The position numbers and the translations under genes were made by a program. From Ignavibacteria bacterium (lineage in GTDB: Bacteria > Bacteroidota > Ignavibacteria > DATCTW01), in NCBI GenBank assembly GCA_036567745.1, contig DATCTW010000045.1, positions 74,471 to 138,470 on the forward strand: a stretch of DNA of 64,000 nt, read 5' to 3'. Each line of letters begins with the position of its first letter. Positions within the stretch are counted from its first letter, which is position 1. The notes under the pieces are model-generated. The model did not search any database. It saw only the letters and a program-made list of their open reading frames with translations, and was not told the origin of the DNA. This document shows, piece after piece, positions 29,983 through 39,034 of the stretch.

Positions 29983-30618
29983 ATGTTTACAGGAATAATA
30001 GAAGAAATTGGGGTTGTTAAATCAATAAAAAATATTGGTGGTGGTAAAAGAATAGCTATTCAATGTACTGAGATATTAAAAGATTCAAAGGTTGATGACA
30101 GTATAAGTGTAAATGGTATATGCCAAACTATCGTAAAGATTGATAGTAACTGCTTTGAATTTGATTCAGTTGAAGAAACATTAAAGAAAACAACAATAAA
30201 ATATTGGTCAGAAAATTATAAAGTAAACCTGGAAAGGGCACTTAAACTTTCAGATAGATTAGGTGGGCATTTAGTTTTAGGGCACGTTGATACTATCGGA
30301 AGAATAAGCCATATAAAAGATTTAGCTTCTTCGAAATTATTCGAGATATCATATCCATCAGAATACAACAAATACGTTATTCCAAAAGGTTCAATAACCA
30401 TTAATGGTATAAGTCTAACAATAGCAGAGTCTAATGAAAGTGCTTTTGTCGTTTCAATTATACCGCATACTATTAGTAAAACCACATTAAAAGATATAAA
30501 AATAGGTGATTTTGTAAACTTAGAGTTTGACATTATAGGTAAATACATAGAAAAATTATTGCAAAGAAATTCTTCACCAAATTTAACATTAGATAAGCTT
30601 GAAGAAATGGGTTTTTGA
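29983..30618 (+). CDS. ribE: Riboflavin synthase alpha subunit
   Basis: MFTGIIEEIGVV start and duplicated lumazine-binding half-domains. Length 211 aa. Confidence 0.9.
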   Translation: MFTGIIEEIGVVKSIKNIGGGKRIAIQCTEILKDSKVDDSISVNGICQTIVKIDSNCFEFDSVEETLKKTTIKYWSENYKVNLERALKLSDRLGGHLVLGHVDTIGRISHIKDLASSKLFEISYPSEYNKYVIPKGSITINGISLTIAESNESAFVVSIIPHTISKTTLKDIKIGDFVNLEFDIIGKYIEKLLQRNSSPNLTLDKLEEMGF

Positions 30619-30885
30619 TTATAAACCTAAATTGATCCACAAGGATTATCTTAAAATTTATATTTTATCATTAATAACAAAAAGTAATTTATGGTAAAAT
30701 GTTCTAACTTTACATTTTCCCTGTGAATATTTAAAAATTATCAGAAGTAGCTCTAATACCAAATTTTTATTTAACCTATAATAGTCTTTGAATTTAAACA
30801 AATCACTTAATATTAATCATTTTTAGTAAAATGATTATCATTGAAACTTTATTTATATTTCGGCATATTTTTATGAAATAGTGAG

Positions 30886-31899
30886 GTGATAATGATAAAT
30901 GTTACATTAATACCAGGTGATGGAATTGGACCAGATATTACTTTAGCAGCACAAAAAGTAATAGAAGCTGCTGGTGTAAAAATTAATTGGGAAGTGGTTG
31001 AAGCAGGTTTAACCGCAATTGAGAAATATAAAGATCCATTACCAGATTTTGTATTGGATTCTATTCAAAGGAATTGTGTAGCCTTAAAGGGCCCTTTAAC
31101 AACTCCTGTTGGTCATGGTTTTAGGAGTGTTAATGTTGCTTTAAGGCAAGAGTTTGATCTATATGCGAATGTTCGACCAGTAAAGTCTATTCCAGGGGTT
31201 AAAACTAATTATAATAATATTGATCTTGTTGTAATAAGAGAAAATACAGAAGGTTTTTACTCTGGATTGGAACATTACATTGATCCAAAGAAAAAAATTG
31301 CTGAAAGTATAGGAATTGTAACAAGAACTGGTTCAGAGAGGATAGTTAGATACGCTTTCAATTATGCAAAAGAGAATAATAGGAAATTAGTTACTGCTGT
31401 TCATAAAGCCAATATTCTAAAGTATACAGGTGGTTTATTTTTAAATGTTGCAAAGGAAGTTGCTTCTGAATTCCCTGAAATTAACTTCAATGATAAAATC
31501 ATTGATGCTACAGCAATGCAGCTGGTAACTGACCCAACAAAATTTGATGTTATTGTAACAACGAATTTATTTGGGGATATAATTTCAGATTTAACAGCAG
31601 GGTTAGTTGGTGGTTTAGGTTTTGCCCCCGGTGGTAATTTGGGATATGATGTTGCAATTTTCGAGGCTGTTCATGGGTCTGCACCTGATATTGCAGGTAA
31701 AGATTTAGCAAATCCTACCGCAATAATTTTTGCAGCAGTGATGATGTTACGGCATTTAAAACTATTTGAGCCTGCTGAAAGGATAGAAAAAGCTATAATG
31801 AAAATTATTAGTGAAGGTAAATATGTAACTAAAGATATAAATCCGGAAAGATATGTAGGAACTCGTGAGTATACAGATAGATTATGTGAACTATTGTAA
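30886..31899 (+). CDS. Isocitrate/isopropylmalate dehydrogenase family enzyme, most likely NAD-dependent isocitrate dehydrogenase
   Basis: GDGIGPDI near the N-terminus. NLFGDIISDLTAGLVGGLGFAPGGNLG matches the IDH-type active-site loop. Length 337 aa. Confidence 0.8.
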   Translation: MIMINVTLIPGDGIGPDITLAAQKVIEAAGVKINWEVVEAGLTAIEKYKDPLPDFVLDSIQRNCVALKGPLTTPVGHGFRSVNVALRQEFDLYANVRPVKSIPGVKTNYNNIDLVVIRENTEGFYSGLEHYIDPKKKIAESIGIVTRTGSERIVRYAFNYAKENNRKLVTAVHKANILKYTGGLFLNVAKEVASEFPEINFNDKIIDATAMQLVTDPTKFDVIVTTNLFGDIISDLTAGLVGGLGFAPGGNLGYDVAIFEAVHGSAPDIAGKDLANPTAIIFAAVMMLRHLKLFEPAERIEKAIMKIISEGKYVTKDINPERYVGTREYTDRLCELL

Positions 31900-32077
31900 T
31901 TTTTGTAACAATTCATAAGATTTTGAGTTATTTTACTAACTTAAGATATAATATATCTAATCTCTATTAAATAAATTAGTATTTTTATAAACTTGAATCT
32001 CTATTTTGAAATTTTCGTATATATATATAAATTAATATCAATATTTTGATTTATGAAGTGATTATTCTGGAGGAATA

Positions 32078-32713
32078 ATGAGAAATTATAAAAGTCTTTG
32101 GACAATTGGTTTTGGAATTTTTTTTGTTTTGATTGGTACTTTGATATTACTCGATAATCTTGATATTTTGTACTTTCGAACAGTATGGAGTTTTTTCTGG
32201 CCACTTTTACTTATTATTATAGGCTTAATAATGGTATTTAAAAAAAGTAGGACTGAGATTATTTCTGAGGAAGAGACTAATACTGAAATCAATGAGAATA
32301 CAGAGGAGGATACTTATTCAAATAGATATCAAAGAACGACTGTGATAAATGAAAACCAACAAACTCATTACTTTGGGAATGTTAATTATTCTTCTCAGGA
32401 TAAAAATTTTTCTGGTTTAAATTTGAGTAATATTTTTGGTGATATTCTTGTTGATATTTCTAACATAGATTTTGATTCAGGAGAAAAATTTGTTAATGTT
32501 AATGGAATATTCGGTTCTATAAAAATTTTATTACCTAAAAACATACCTGTAAAGTTTATTGGTAGCACTCTTATTGGTTCTGTAAAGTTTTTAGATAAAG
32601 ATAAAGATGGATTGCTAGTAAGCTTAAATTCTGAAACTTTAGATTTTGAAGAAGCAGCTAAAAAAATTATAATAAGAGCATCTATTGTGTTTGGTGATAT
32701 TGTTTCTGAATAA
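32078..32713 (+). CDS. Membrane protein with a LiaF/DUF4097-like C-terminal beta-rich domain
   Basis: Two N-terminal TM helices, then a repetitive hydrophobic-spaced region typical of cell-envelope stress (LiaF-like) proteins. The assignment is tentative. Confidence 0.4.
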   Translation: MRNYKSLWTIGFGIFFVLIGTLILLDNLDILYFRTVWSFFWPLLLIIIGLIMVFKKSRTEIISEEETNTEINENTEEDTYSNRYQRTTVINENQQTHYFGNVNYSSQDKNFSGLNLSNIFGDILVDISNIDFDSGEKFVNVNGIFGSIKILLPKNIPVKFIGSTLIGSVKFLDKDKDGLLVSLNSETLDFEEAAKKIIIRASIVFGDIVSE

Positions 32714-32718
32714 ACCTG

Positions 32719-33702
32719 ATGGTAATTGGAAAAATACAAATAGAAAAAGGTGTTTTGCTTGCTCCAATGGATGAAGTAACTGATTCTTCATTTCGAAGAA
32801 TTTGTAAAAGATTTGGAGCAGATATTGTCTATTCAGAATTTGTCAGTTCTGAAGGATTGATTAGAGATGCAAGAAAAAGTATAAAAAAGATACTTTTTCT
32901 TGAAGAGGAAAGACCTATTGGTATTCAAATAGTTGGTAATAATATTGAATCAATGCTTAATGCTGCAAGAATAGCAGAAAGTTATAACCCAGATTTTATT
33001 GATATTAACTGTGGATGCCCAGTAAAAAAGGTGGCAGGTAAAGGTAGTGGAGCTGGACTATTAAAAGATTTACCTAACTTGCGAAAAATAATTGATGCCA
33101 TTGTAAAGAATGTTGCTATACCTGTTACAATTAAAACAAGATTGGGTTGGGATTCTAGTAATATCAATATTATTGAAGTAGCAAAGATGTCAGAAGATTT
33201 AGGAGTGCAGGCGATTTCTGTTCATTGTCGTACTGGTGTTCAAGGATATAAAGGAAACGCAGATTGGAGTTGGATACCAAGGATAAAATCAGCAGTAAAA
33301 ATACCTGTAATAGCTAATGGAGATATTCTTTCACCTCTTGATGTTGAATATCTGTTTAATAATACAGGTTGTGATGCTGTAATGTTAGGCAGAGTTACAA
33401 TTGGTAATCCATGGATATTCAAAAAAGTAAAACACTATCTAAAAACCGGGGAAATATTACCAGAAGTAGATATTTTTGAAAGAATAAAGATTTGTATTGA
33501 ACATTTGAAGTTATCTGTTGAATCTAAAGGGGAACGAGGAGGTGTTATAGAGTTCAGAAAGTTTTATGCCGGTTATTTAAGAGATCAAAAACATATTGCC
33601 AAAATAAGAAACGAGTTGATGAAATACACAGAATTAAATCCAATTCTTGAAATATTAGAAAATTATGTTCAAGCATTGAAAAAAGATTATGAGTTGCGAT
33701 AA
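32719..33702 (+). CDS. dusB: tRNA-dihydrouridine synthase (DusB-like)
   Basis: LAPMDEVTDSSFRRICKRFGADIVYSEFVSSEGL plus the conserved catalytic Cys region NCGCP. Confidence 0.9.
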   Translation: MVIGKIQIEKGVLLAPMDEVTDSSFRRICKRFGADIVYSEFVSSEGLIRDARKSIKKILFLEEERPIGIQIVGNNIESMLNAARIAESYNPDFIDINCGCPVKKVAGKGSGAGLLKDLPNLRKIIDAIVKNVAIPVTIKTRLGWDSSNINIIEVAKMSEDLGVQAISVHCRTGVQGYKGNADWSWIPRIKSAVKIPVIANGDILSPLDVEYLFNNTGCDAVMLGRVTIGNPWIFKKVKHYLKTGEILPEVDIFERIKICIEHLKLSVESKGERGGVIEFRKFYAGYLRDQKHIAKIRNELMKYTELNPILEILENYVQALKKDYELR

Positions 33703-33737
33703 TTTCATAAAATGATATTTACAAATTTTTAGATATT

Positions 33738-34943
33738 ATGTTGAAAAAAATAAAATCACCTCATCAAATCCTTCTTGTTCTTACTCTCATTCATTTTATA
33801 AATTATGTAGATAGACAGGTAGTATTTCCTTTATTTGTTTTTCTTAAACCTGAGTTTAATTTATCTGATTTTGAATTGGGTCTATTAGGTTCAGCTTTTA
33901 TTATAGTGTATTCATTTGCTTCGATTCCTCTAGGTATATTAGCAGACAAAGTTAAAAGAAATAAGATTATTGGTTTTGGAGTTTTATTATGGAGTGTTGT
34001 GACTTTTCTTACGGGTTTTGTTAAGAATTACATACAACTTTTTCTTACAAGAGCTTTGGTAGCAATTGGAGAAAGTTCTTATGCACCTGCTGCTACTTCA
34101 ATTTTAGGAGATGTTTTTCCAGAATCTCATCGTTCACGTATAATGGGAATTTATAATATTGGTCTCTACCTTGGTGGAGCAGTTGGAATGATATTTGCTG
34201 GAATTATTGGAGAAAAATTTGGTTGGAGATCTGCTTTTCTTATTGTGGGTATTCCTGGTATAATTCTTTCGTATTTTGCATTTAATATTTATGAACCTGA
34301 AAGAATAGTTTCTAATCATAAACCAATAATTTTTGAAATTAAAGAATTATTTAGAATACCGACTTATATTTTTATTTTAATTGGAGCTACTTTTATTGCT
34401 TTTTCATCCGGGTCAATTTTAAGTTGGATTACAGTGTACACTATCAGGTTTCAATCTTTTCAGTTAAAAGAGGCTTCATTAATAGTTGGATTTCTAGCGA
34501 TAATTAGTGGTGTATTGGGAGTGATATCAGGTGGTGTAGTGAGTGATATTTTAAAAAATAGGTATAATAAAACAAGAGCTCTCATAATAGGTTTTTCATT
34601 ACTTTTATCTGTGCCATTTTTTTTGTTTGCTTTGTCAGCAAAAAGTAAGATAGACTTTTTAATTGGATTATTTATTACTTCTTTTTTTATGAGTTGGTAT
34701 TTTGGTCCTTTAATAGCTTTAATTCAGGAAGTAGTTTCTTCAAATGTTAAAGCTACTGCAATAGCTTTTTATTTCTTTTTTATTCATATTTTTGGAGATG
34801 CTTTTGCACCATCAATTATTGGTTTTTTTTCAGATTTATATAGTCTAAGATTAGCGATGTATTTACCTGTAATAACAAATTTATTAAGTGGAATAATATT
34901 TTTATATACAATTAAAAAAGAAAATCAATATTATCAAAAATAA
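33738..34943 (+). CDS. MFS transporter
   Basis: Twelve predicted TM segments. The loop 2-3 motif GILADKVKRNKII is characteristic of MFS transporters. Confidence 0.85.
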   Translation: MLKKIKSPHQILLVLTLIHFINYVDRQVVFPLFVFLKPEFNLSDFELGLLGSAFIIVYSFASIPLGILADKVKRNKIIGFGVLLWSVVTFLTGFVKNYIQLFLTRALVAIGESSYAPAATSILGDVFPESHRSRIMGIYNIGLYLGGAVGMIFAGIIGEKFGWRSAFLIVGIPGIILSYFAFNIYEPERIVSNHKPIIFEIKELFRIPTYIFILIGATFIAFSSGSILSWITVYTIRFQSFQLKEASLIVGFLAIISGVLGVISGGVVSDILKNRYNKTRALIIGFSLLLSVPFFLFALSAKSKIDFLIGLFITSFFMSWYFGPLIALIQEVVSSNVKATAIAFYFFFIHIFGDAFAPSIIGFFSDLYSLRLAMYLPVITNLLSGIIFLYTIKKENQYYQK

Positions 34944-35180
34944 AAATATTTGATAATCAGATAAAATTATAATATAAATTTTTAAAATATTTATTTTTTG
35001 TATAAATTAAGAAATAATATATATATAAATTTTACAAAAATTTATATGTTTTTTCTTCTAATTTCATAACCTATAGATTAACATAATATATAATTTTTAT
35101 ATATTTTTATTTTCGGGGCAGAAAATAGAAGTAATTTTTTAAAAGTGAAGAATTTTTTTAAAAATCAAAAAAAATATATT

Positions 35181-35217
35181 GACTTTTTCATAAAAAATGA
35201 TATATTTGTAGTTCTAT
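35181..35217 (+). promoter_or_regulatory. Candidate promoter for the tRNA/rpmG/secE-nusG cluster
   Basis: TTGACT ...16 nt... TATATTTG (Bacteroidota-type TAnnTTTG -7 element) a few nt upstream of the first tRNA. Confidence 0.3.
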
Positions 35218-35222
35218 TAAGT

Positions 35223-35295
35223 GCTGGCGTAGCTCAGTTGGTAGAGCAGCTGACTTGTAATCAGCAGGTCAGGAGTTCAAGTCTCCTCGCCAGCT
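35223..35295 (+). tRNA. tRNA-Thr (anticodon TGT)
   Basis: GCTGGCGTAGCTCAGTTGGTAGAGCAGCTGACTTGTAATCAGCAGGTCAGGAGTTCAAGTCTCCTCGCCAGCT forms a cloverleaf with anticodon loop CTTGTAA. Confidence 0.9.
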
Positions 35296-35321
35296 CAGGT
35301 TCTTTAAATAAAAAAAGAAAT

Positions 35322-35405
35322 GGGTGGACGCCGGAGTTGGAGAGCCGGGGCGGACTGTAAATCCGTTGGCGAACGCCTTTGGGGGTTCGAATCCCTCGCC
35401 ACCCA
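35322..35405 (+). tRNA. tRNA-Tyr (anticodon GTA), long variable arm
   Basis: Anticodon loop CTGTAAA, long variable arm GGCGAACGCC and T-loop GGTTCGAATCC. The exact 5' end is uncertain by 1 nt because of an A-G mismatch at the acceptor base. Confidence 0.8.
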
Positions 35406-35417
35406 CAAAATTCTCCT

Positions 35418-35491
35418 GCGGGAGTAACTCAGTTGGCTAGAGTCACAGCCTTCCAAGCTGTTGGTCGCGGGTTCGAGTCCCGTCTCCCGCT
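35418..35491 (+). tRNA. tRNA-Gly (anticodon TCC)
   Basis: GCGGGAGTAACTCAGTTGGCTAGAGTCACAGCCTTCCAAGCTGTTGGTCGCGGGTTCGAGTCCCGTCTCCCGCT. Confidence 0.9.
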
Positions 35492-35501
35492 CAGACCATA
35501 T

Positions 35502-35574
35502 GCTCATGTAGCTCAGTTGGTAGAGCACGTCATTGGTAATGACGAGGTCACGGGTTCAAATCCCGTCGTGAGCT
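35502..35574 (+). tRNA. tRNA-Thr (anticodon GGT)
   Basis: GCTCATGTAGCTCAGTTGGTAGAGCACGTCATTGGTAATGACGAGGTCACGGGTTCAAATCCCGTCGTGAGCT. Confidence 0.9.
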
Positions 35575-35603
35575 CTTTATTAAAAATTGGAGTGTAAAAA
35601 AAA

Positions 35604-35753
35604 GTGAGAGATATTATAACATTAGAATGTACTGTATGTAAGAGAAGAAATTACACCACCACAAAGAATAAGAAAAAACAAACCGGAAGAGTAGAATATA
35701 AAAAGTATTGTCCCTGGTGTAATAAAAGAACCTCTCATAAAGAGACTAAGTAA
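35604..35753 (+). CDS. rpmG: 50S ribosomal protein L33
   Basis: GTG start; 49 aa [49 protein letters not shown] with the C-x2-C...C-x2-C zinc ribbon. This is the classic position between tRNA-Thr and tRNA-Trp. It is not in the ORF track because it is under 60 aa. Confidence 0.8.
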   Translation: MRDIITLECTVCKRRNYTTTKNKKKQTGRVEYKKYCPWCNKRTSHKETK

Positions 35754-35758
35754 ATCTT

Positions 35759-35831
<73 letters not shown>

Positions 35832-35856
35832 TTAAAATAGTAGATGGAATCAAAAT

Positions 35857-36039
35857 ATGAAAAAGAAAATAATCGATTTTTTCTCTGATATTGTAAAAGA
35901 AATGAAAAAGGTTACCTGGCCAAAAAAAGAAGAGCTCAGGGAATCTACTATTATAGTTATAGTTTCATGTTTGGTAATTTCAGTTTTTATTTATGTAGTT
36001 GACCAGATAATAGGTCAAATTGTAAAAATTTTGTTATAG
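35857..36039 (+). CDS. secE: Preprotein translocase subunit SecE
   Basis: 60 aa with a single C-terminal TM helix, immediately upstream of nusG. Confidence 0.85.
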   Translation: MKKKIIDFFSDIVKEMKKVTWPKKEELRESTIIVIVSCLVISVFIYVVDQIIGQIVKILL

Positions 36040-36044
36040 GTTGA

Positions 36045-36587
36045 ATGGAAAGCAAAGCTAAAAACTGGTACGTGGTTAAAACCTATTCCGGGCATGAGAA
36101 TAAAGTTAAATCTTATATTGAAAACGAATCTCGTTTACAGGGGTTATCGGATAAAGTTACTCAGGTTTTAATTCCATCTGAAAAAGTTTTTGAAGTAAAG
36201 AATGGAAAGAAAAGGACAAAAACCAGAAGCTTTTTCCCGGGATACGTATTGGTTGAAGCTGAATTAGATAAAGATGTAAAGCATTTAATACTTAATACCC
36301 CTTCGGTATTATGTTTTGTTGGTCCAAAGAATGAACCAACACCTTTACATCCAGATGAAGTTACTCGTATATTGGGTAAGATGGATGAAAAGAGGAATGT
36401 AGAACTTTCAGCTGTTCCTTATCATATTGGCGATCCTGTAAAAGTTATTAGTGGTCCATTTAATAACTTTAATGGTGTTATACAGGAAGTACACGAAGAA
36501 AAGATGAAAGTAAAAGTTATGGTTAGTATTTTTGGAAGAAAGACTCCGGTAGAGTTAGATTTTAGTCAAGTTGAATTAGAAAGTTAA
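36045..36587 (+). CDS. nusG: Transcription termination/antitermination factor NusG
   Basis: NGN domain (KNWYVVKTYSGHENKV) plus a KOW motif (GDPVKVISGPFNNFNGVIQEV). Confidence 0.9.
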   Translation: MESKAKNWYVVKTYSGHENKVKSYIENESRLQGLSDKVTQVLIPSEKVFEVKNGKKRTKTRSFFPGYVLVEAELDKDVKHLILNTPSVLCFVGPKNEPTPLHPDEVTRILGKMDEKRNVELSAVPYHIGDPVKVISGPFNNFNGVIQEVHEEKMKVKVMVSIFGRKTPVELDFSQVELES

Positions 36588-36618
36588 AATTAGAAACATA
36601 GAATAGAAGGTATTTAGT

Positions 36619-37044
36619 ATGGCAAAGAAGATAACGGGATATGTAAAACTTCAGATACCTGCAGGACAGGCAACCCCTGCACCACCAGTTGGTCCGGCTC
36701 TTGGTCAGAAGGGTATAAATATTATGGAGTTCTGTAAGCAGTTTAATGCAAGAACTCAGGGGCAGCAGGGATTAATTATACCGGTTGTTATTACAGTATT
36801 TAATGATAAATCATTTTCCTTTATTACAAAAACACCTCCTGCTTCAGTTCTAATTATGAAAGAATTAAAATTAGAAAAAGGATCTGCTGAACCAAATAGA
36901 ATAAAAGTTGGTAAAATAACTAAAGAGCAGATTAGAAAGATTGCTGAAGCAAAGATGAAAGATTTAAATGCATCATCAATTGAAAGTGCTATGAGTATGA
37001 TAGCCGGTACTGCTCGCAGTATGGGAGTATTAGTTGAAGGATAA
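36619..37044 (+). CDS. rplK: 50S ribosomal protein L11
   Basis: [30 protein letters not shown] signature. Confidence 0.95.
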   Translation: MAKKITGYVKLQIPAGQATPAPPVGPALGQKGINIMEFCKQFNARTQGQQGLIIPVVITVFNDKSFSFITKTPPASVLIMKELKLEKGSAEPNRIKVGKITKEQIRKIAEAKMKDLNASSIESAMSMIAGTARSMGVLVEG

Positions 37045-37072
37045 TTATTAATAAAAAATAAAGAATAAAGTT

Positions 37073-37780
37073 ATGCGAAAGAGAAGCAAAAGATATAATG
37101 AAATGGTTAAAAAAATTGATCTGAAGAAAGAGTACTCTATTTCTGATGCAGTTAAAAATTTAAAAACTTTTGCTACTGCTAAGTTTGATGAAACTGTTGA
37201 TATTGCAGTCAATCTTGGTGTTGACCCTAAGAAATCAGATCAAATGATAAGAGGTACAGTATCCTTGCCACATGGTATTGGAAAAACTGTAAGGGTGTTA
37301 GTTCTTTGCAAACCAATTAAAGAGCAAGAAGCAAAAGATGCTGGTGCAGATTATGTTGGTTTAGAGGAATATATTAAAAAGATACAAGAAGGTTGGACAG
37401 ATATAGATGTAGTGATTGCAACACCTGATGTTATGGCAGAAGTAGGTAAGCTTGGTAAAATTTTAGGTACTAAAGGTCTTATGCCAAATCCAAAAAGTGG
37501 TACAGTAACTCAGGATGTTGGAAAAGCTGTTAAAGAAGTAAAAGCTGGAAGAATTGAGTTTAGAGTTGAAAAGGCTGGTATAGTACACGCTGGAATTGGT
37601 AAAATTAGCTTTGATGAAAATAAAATAACTGATAATATTAATGCTTTTCTAACAACATTATTAAAGATGAAACCAGCAACAGTTAAAGGTCAATACGTAA
37701 AAGCTATTACTGTTTCAACCACAATGGGTCTTGGAATAAGAATTAGTAAAAACGAATTACAAGCATTAATGAATAAATAA
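37073..37780 (+). CDS. rplA: 50S ribosomal protein L1
   Basis: KFDETVDIAVNLGVDPKKSDQMIRG signature. Confidence 0.95.
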   Translation: MRKRSKRYNEMVKKIDLKKEYSISDAVKNLKTFATAKFDETVDIAVNLGVDPKKSDQMIRGTVSLPHGIGKTVRVLVLCKPIKEQEAKDAGADYVGLEEYIKKIQEGWTDIDVVIATPDVMAEVGKLGKILGTKGLMPNPKSGTVTQDVGKAVKEVKAGRIEFRVEKAGIVHAGIGKISFDENKITDNINAFLTTLLKMKPATVKGQYVKAITVSTTMGLGIRISKNELQALMNK

Positions 37781-37856
37781 AATTGAATTACGCACTCATT
37801 TTAATATAAAGTAATTTCTGGTGGCTTCTACCCAGAAATTTTTATAAGAGGATAAT

Positions 37857-38381
37857 ATGAATAAAGAAGAAAAAGCTCAAGTTGTTCAGGAATTAGTCGA
37901 AAAAGTAAATAAAGCTAGCAGTATGGTTATTACTGATTTTGCTGGTTTAACGGTTGAGCTTTCAAATCAGCTTAGAAAAGAGTTTCGCAGTAGTAATATT
38001 GAATACAAAGTAGCAAAAAATACTCTTTTCAAAAGAGCTATCAGTGAAATCGAGAATTACGACAAAGTTGCAGAATATTTTAAGGGACAAACTGGAGTAG
38101 CATTTGGTTATGATGATCCAGTAGAATCTCTTAGAATTCTGAAAAAATTTGTCGATAAAAACAATAAACCTACTGTCAAAGCAATTTACTTTGAAAAAAA
38201 TGTTTATCCTGGTGATAAACTTGAAGAATTATCTAAACTTCCTTCGAAGAAAGATCTATATGCATCTATCATTGGAAGTATTCAGGCACCAGTTGCCGGT
38301 GTTCCATCTGTAATTAATTCAGTTATTGGCGGTTTAATTAATGTGATTGAAGCCGTTGCAAAAAAGAATGAAGAAAAATAA
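37857..38381 (+). CDS. rplJ: 50S ribosomal protein L10
   Basis: Position and the typical L10 N-terminal domain. Preceded by a hairpin-containing leader (37816-37840). Confidence 0.9.
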   Translation: MNKEEKAQVVQELVEKVNKASSMVITDFAGLTVELSNQLRKEFRSSNIEYKVAKNTLFKRAISEIENYDKVAEYFKGQTGVAFGYDDPVESLRILKKFVDKNNKPTVKAIYFEKNVYPGDKLEELSKLPSKKDLYASIIGSIQAPVAGVPSVINSVIGGLINVIEAVAKKNEEK

Positions 38382-38403
38382 TTTAAAGTTAGGAGAAAAA
38401 TAA

Positions 38404-38793
38404 ATGTCTGCAATAGTAGAAGAATTAGTAGAAAAAATAGGTAATCTTACCTTATTAGAAGCTTCTGAATTAAAGAAAGCTCTAGAAGATAAATTTGGTG
38501 TAACAGCTGCAGCCCCAATGGTAATGGCTGGAGCAGCAATGCCTCAGGCTGGTGGAGCGGCTCCACAAGCTGAAGCTGAAAAAACAGAATTTGATGTTAT
38601 TTTAACAGATTTCGGTTCACAAAAAATCAATGTAATTAAAGTTGTTAGAGCCGCAACAGGTCTTGGCTTAAAAGAAGCAAAAGATCTCGTTGAAGGTGTT
38701 CCAAAACCAGTAAAAGAAGGCTTACCAAAGGCTGAAGCTGAAAAGCTTAAAAAAGAACTCGAAGAAGCTGGTGCTAAAGCTGAAATTAAGTAA
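38404..38793 (+). CDS. rplL: 50S ribosomal protein L7/L12
   Basis: Ala/Pro-rich hinge and C-terminal [20 protein letters not shown]. Confidence 0.95.
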   Translation: MSAIVEELVEKIGNLTLLEASELKKALEDKFGVTAAAPMVMAGAAMPQAGGAAPQAEAEKTEFDVILTDFGSQKINVIKVVRAATGLGLKEAKDLVEGVPKPVKEGLPKAEAEKLKKELEEAGAKAEIK

Positions 38794-38824
38794 TATATTT
38801 TACTAAATTTTTGAGGGGGCGTTT

Positions 38825-38866
38825 CGGGATGAAGGTAATTCATCCCGTCGTCTTTATTTTTTTTAT
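38825..38866 (+). terminator. rplL-rpoB intergenic attenuator/terminator hairpin
   Basis: cgggatgaaggtaattcatcccg followed by tcgtctttatttttttt. This is the classic partial terminator between rplL and rpoB. Confidence 0.6.
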
Positions 38867-39034
38867 TATAAGAAACTAATTTAATAATATTTAAAAGAAT
38901 AAATAATGACCAAATACTTGGTCCTTATAAGTATATTCTTCAATTCGATTGCCCCAATATACTATTTTTTTACTTTTCCTTGTTGGTGTATCTTTGAAAG
39001 TGTTTTATTTAAAAATAAATTATGAGGTGCTGGT

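Noticed and set aside
35145-35597. Three 71-74-aa ORFs (35145-35360 +, 35304-35528 -, 35379-35597 +)
   Set aside because: They overlap the four tRNA genes. Their GC-rich tRNA sequence gives spurious open frames.
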